The translations under genes and the position numbers were made by a program. Below the pieces are notes generated by a model. The model was not told where the DNA came from and made no database searches. It saw only the letters and a list, made by a program, of their open reading frames with translations. Shown here piece by piece: positions 63,170-64,000 of a stretch of 64,000 bases of DNA. The DNA is taken from assembly GCA_047495785.1 (NCBI GenBank), contig JBLDXI010000011.1, forward strand, positions 1,884,905-1,948,904, in the 5' to 3' direction. Origin of the DNA: Lepidodermella squamata (taxonomy: Eukaryota > Animalia > Gastrotricha). Every line of letters starts with the position of its first letter. The first letter of the stretch is position 1.

Positions 63170-63600
63170 TCATGTGTACACTCTCCACTCGAGCACTGCC
63201 GTCATCGGAGGAGCAGCGCTTCAACTTCAATCATGCAAACTGGGCTAAGTTTAGCAAGCGCCTAAGCCTTTGCCTTCGTGAACTCGCCGAGCCCATGATT
63301 CCGAAGCCAGGCGAACTATCCACAGCAATTGACCTTTACCTAGAAGCGATCGTGGAAGCGATAAAACGCCCATCTGTAAAGCCAGCGGGATGGAAACTGA
63401 CGAAACCGATTGCTACAGCGCCGCAAAAAAATAAACCAACTCCAGCAGCTTCATTCACACGCAGAAAGTGCCTACGTCAAAACCGCCCTGAATGCTGTCA
63501 CAAAGAAAATTTCGAATCTGGTCGGTGAAGAAAACCGCAAAGACTGCTAGCGCTGTCTCCGAGCGATGGCTGAATACCTTAACAACAACAACCCCAGAGC
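63170..63600 (+). mobile_element. Degenerate LINE ORF2 linker fragment
   Basis: RFNFNHANWAKFSKRL matches the post-endonuclease ANWxxF motif. Confidence 0.5.
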
Positions 63601-64000
63601 AGCGTGATCCCCAGTTATGCCTCGGCGCAAAAACATAAACTGGTTGATATTTGACGATCGACCGACATTGTCAGAAACCTCTGCCCTACACTTTTGCACC
63701 TCAACTTTGCGTTTAGAGCCTTAGGCCTTGAGCCAGCCCTGTATATTTCTTAATGATTGGTATCGTTGATCGATAGAATCGATAGAATGCCTTAAAGCGG
63801 TACTATAAACTGTTAAAACTATACTCCTTTTTGTTTGTTCTTTTATTTGTCCTTGCATGGCTCAGTTGTGTGGTCGAATCACAAATTAGTTGTTTTAACA
63901 TCCGCTTTGGCGAAAAAGCGAAACAGATAAAGCTAACGGCTTCCATGCCATGGCCCCAATCGGCCACCAGCTGTATCAATCGATTGAGAAAATCAGTTAC

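Overview
Eukaryotic (invertebrate animal) DNA: AT-rich, with mostly 50-60 bp GT-AG introns and several TTTTCAG-type acceptors. It looks nematode-like, but I cannot fix the organism. The ORF track splits spliced genes, so I rebuilt them by hand. Every recognisable host gene concerns the cell surface or secretome. (1) Five Ly6/uPAR (three-finger) GPI-anchored genes, all with an atypical extra Cys pair. (2) An ABO-like GT6 glycosyltransferase. (3) An alpha-1,2/1,6-type GT-B fucosyltransferase-like gene. (4) A tandem family of signal peptide + 2x LamG-like (ConA-type jellyroll) + GPI-tail proteins: two intact copies, two disrupted, and fragments, with hypervariable loops and signs of gene conversion. 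(5) A four-exon family of secreted Cys/Thr-rich proteins with an unrecognised, internally duplicated C-terminal domain: four intact and one pseudogene. Between them lie many DNA transposons and MITEs (CMC/EnSpm, hAT, Tc1/mariner, MULE, Ginger2, Helitron), LINE remnants and a tRNA-derived SINE. An apparently identical 916 bp inverted duplication fuses an EnSpm transposase to a LamG-family exon. Leading hypothesis (inference only): a glycan writer + reader surface-identity or self/non-self locus undergoing birth-and-death evolution.
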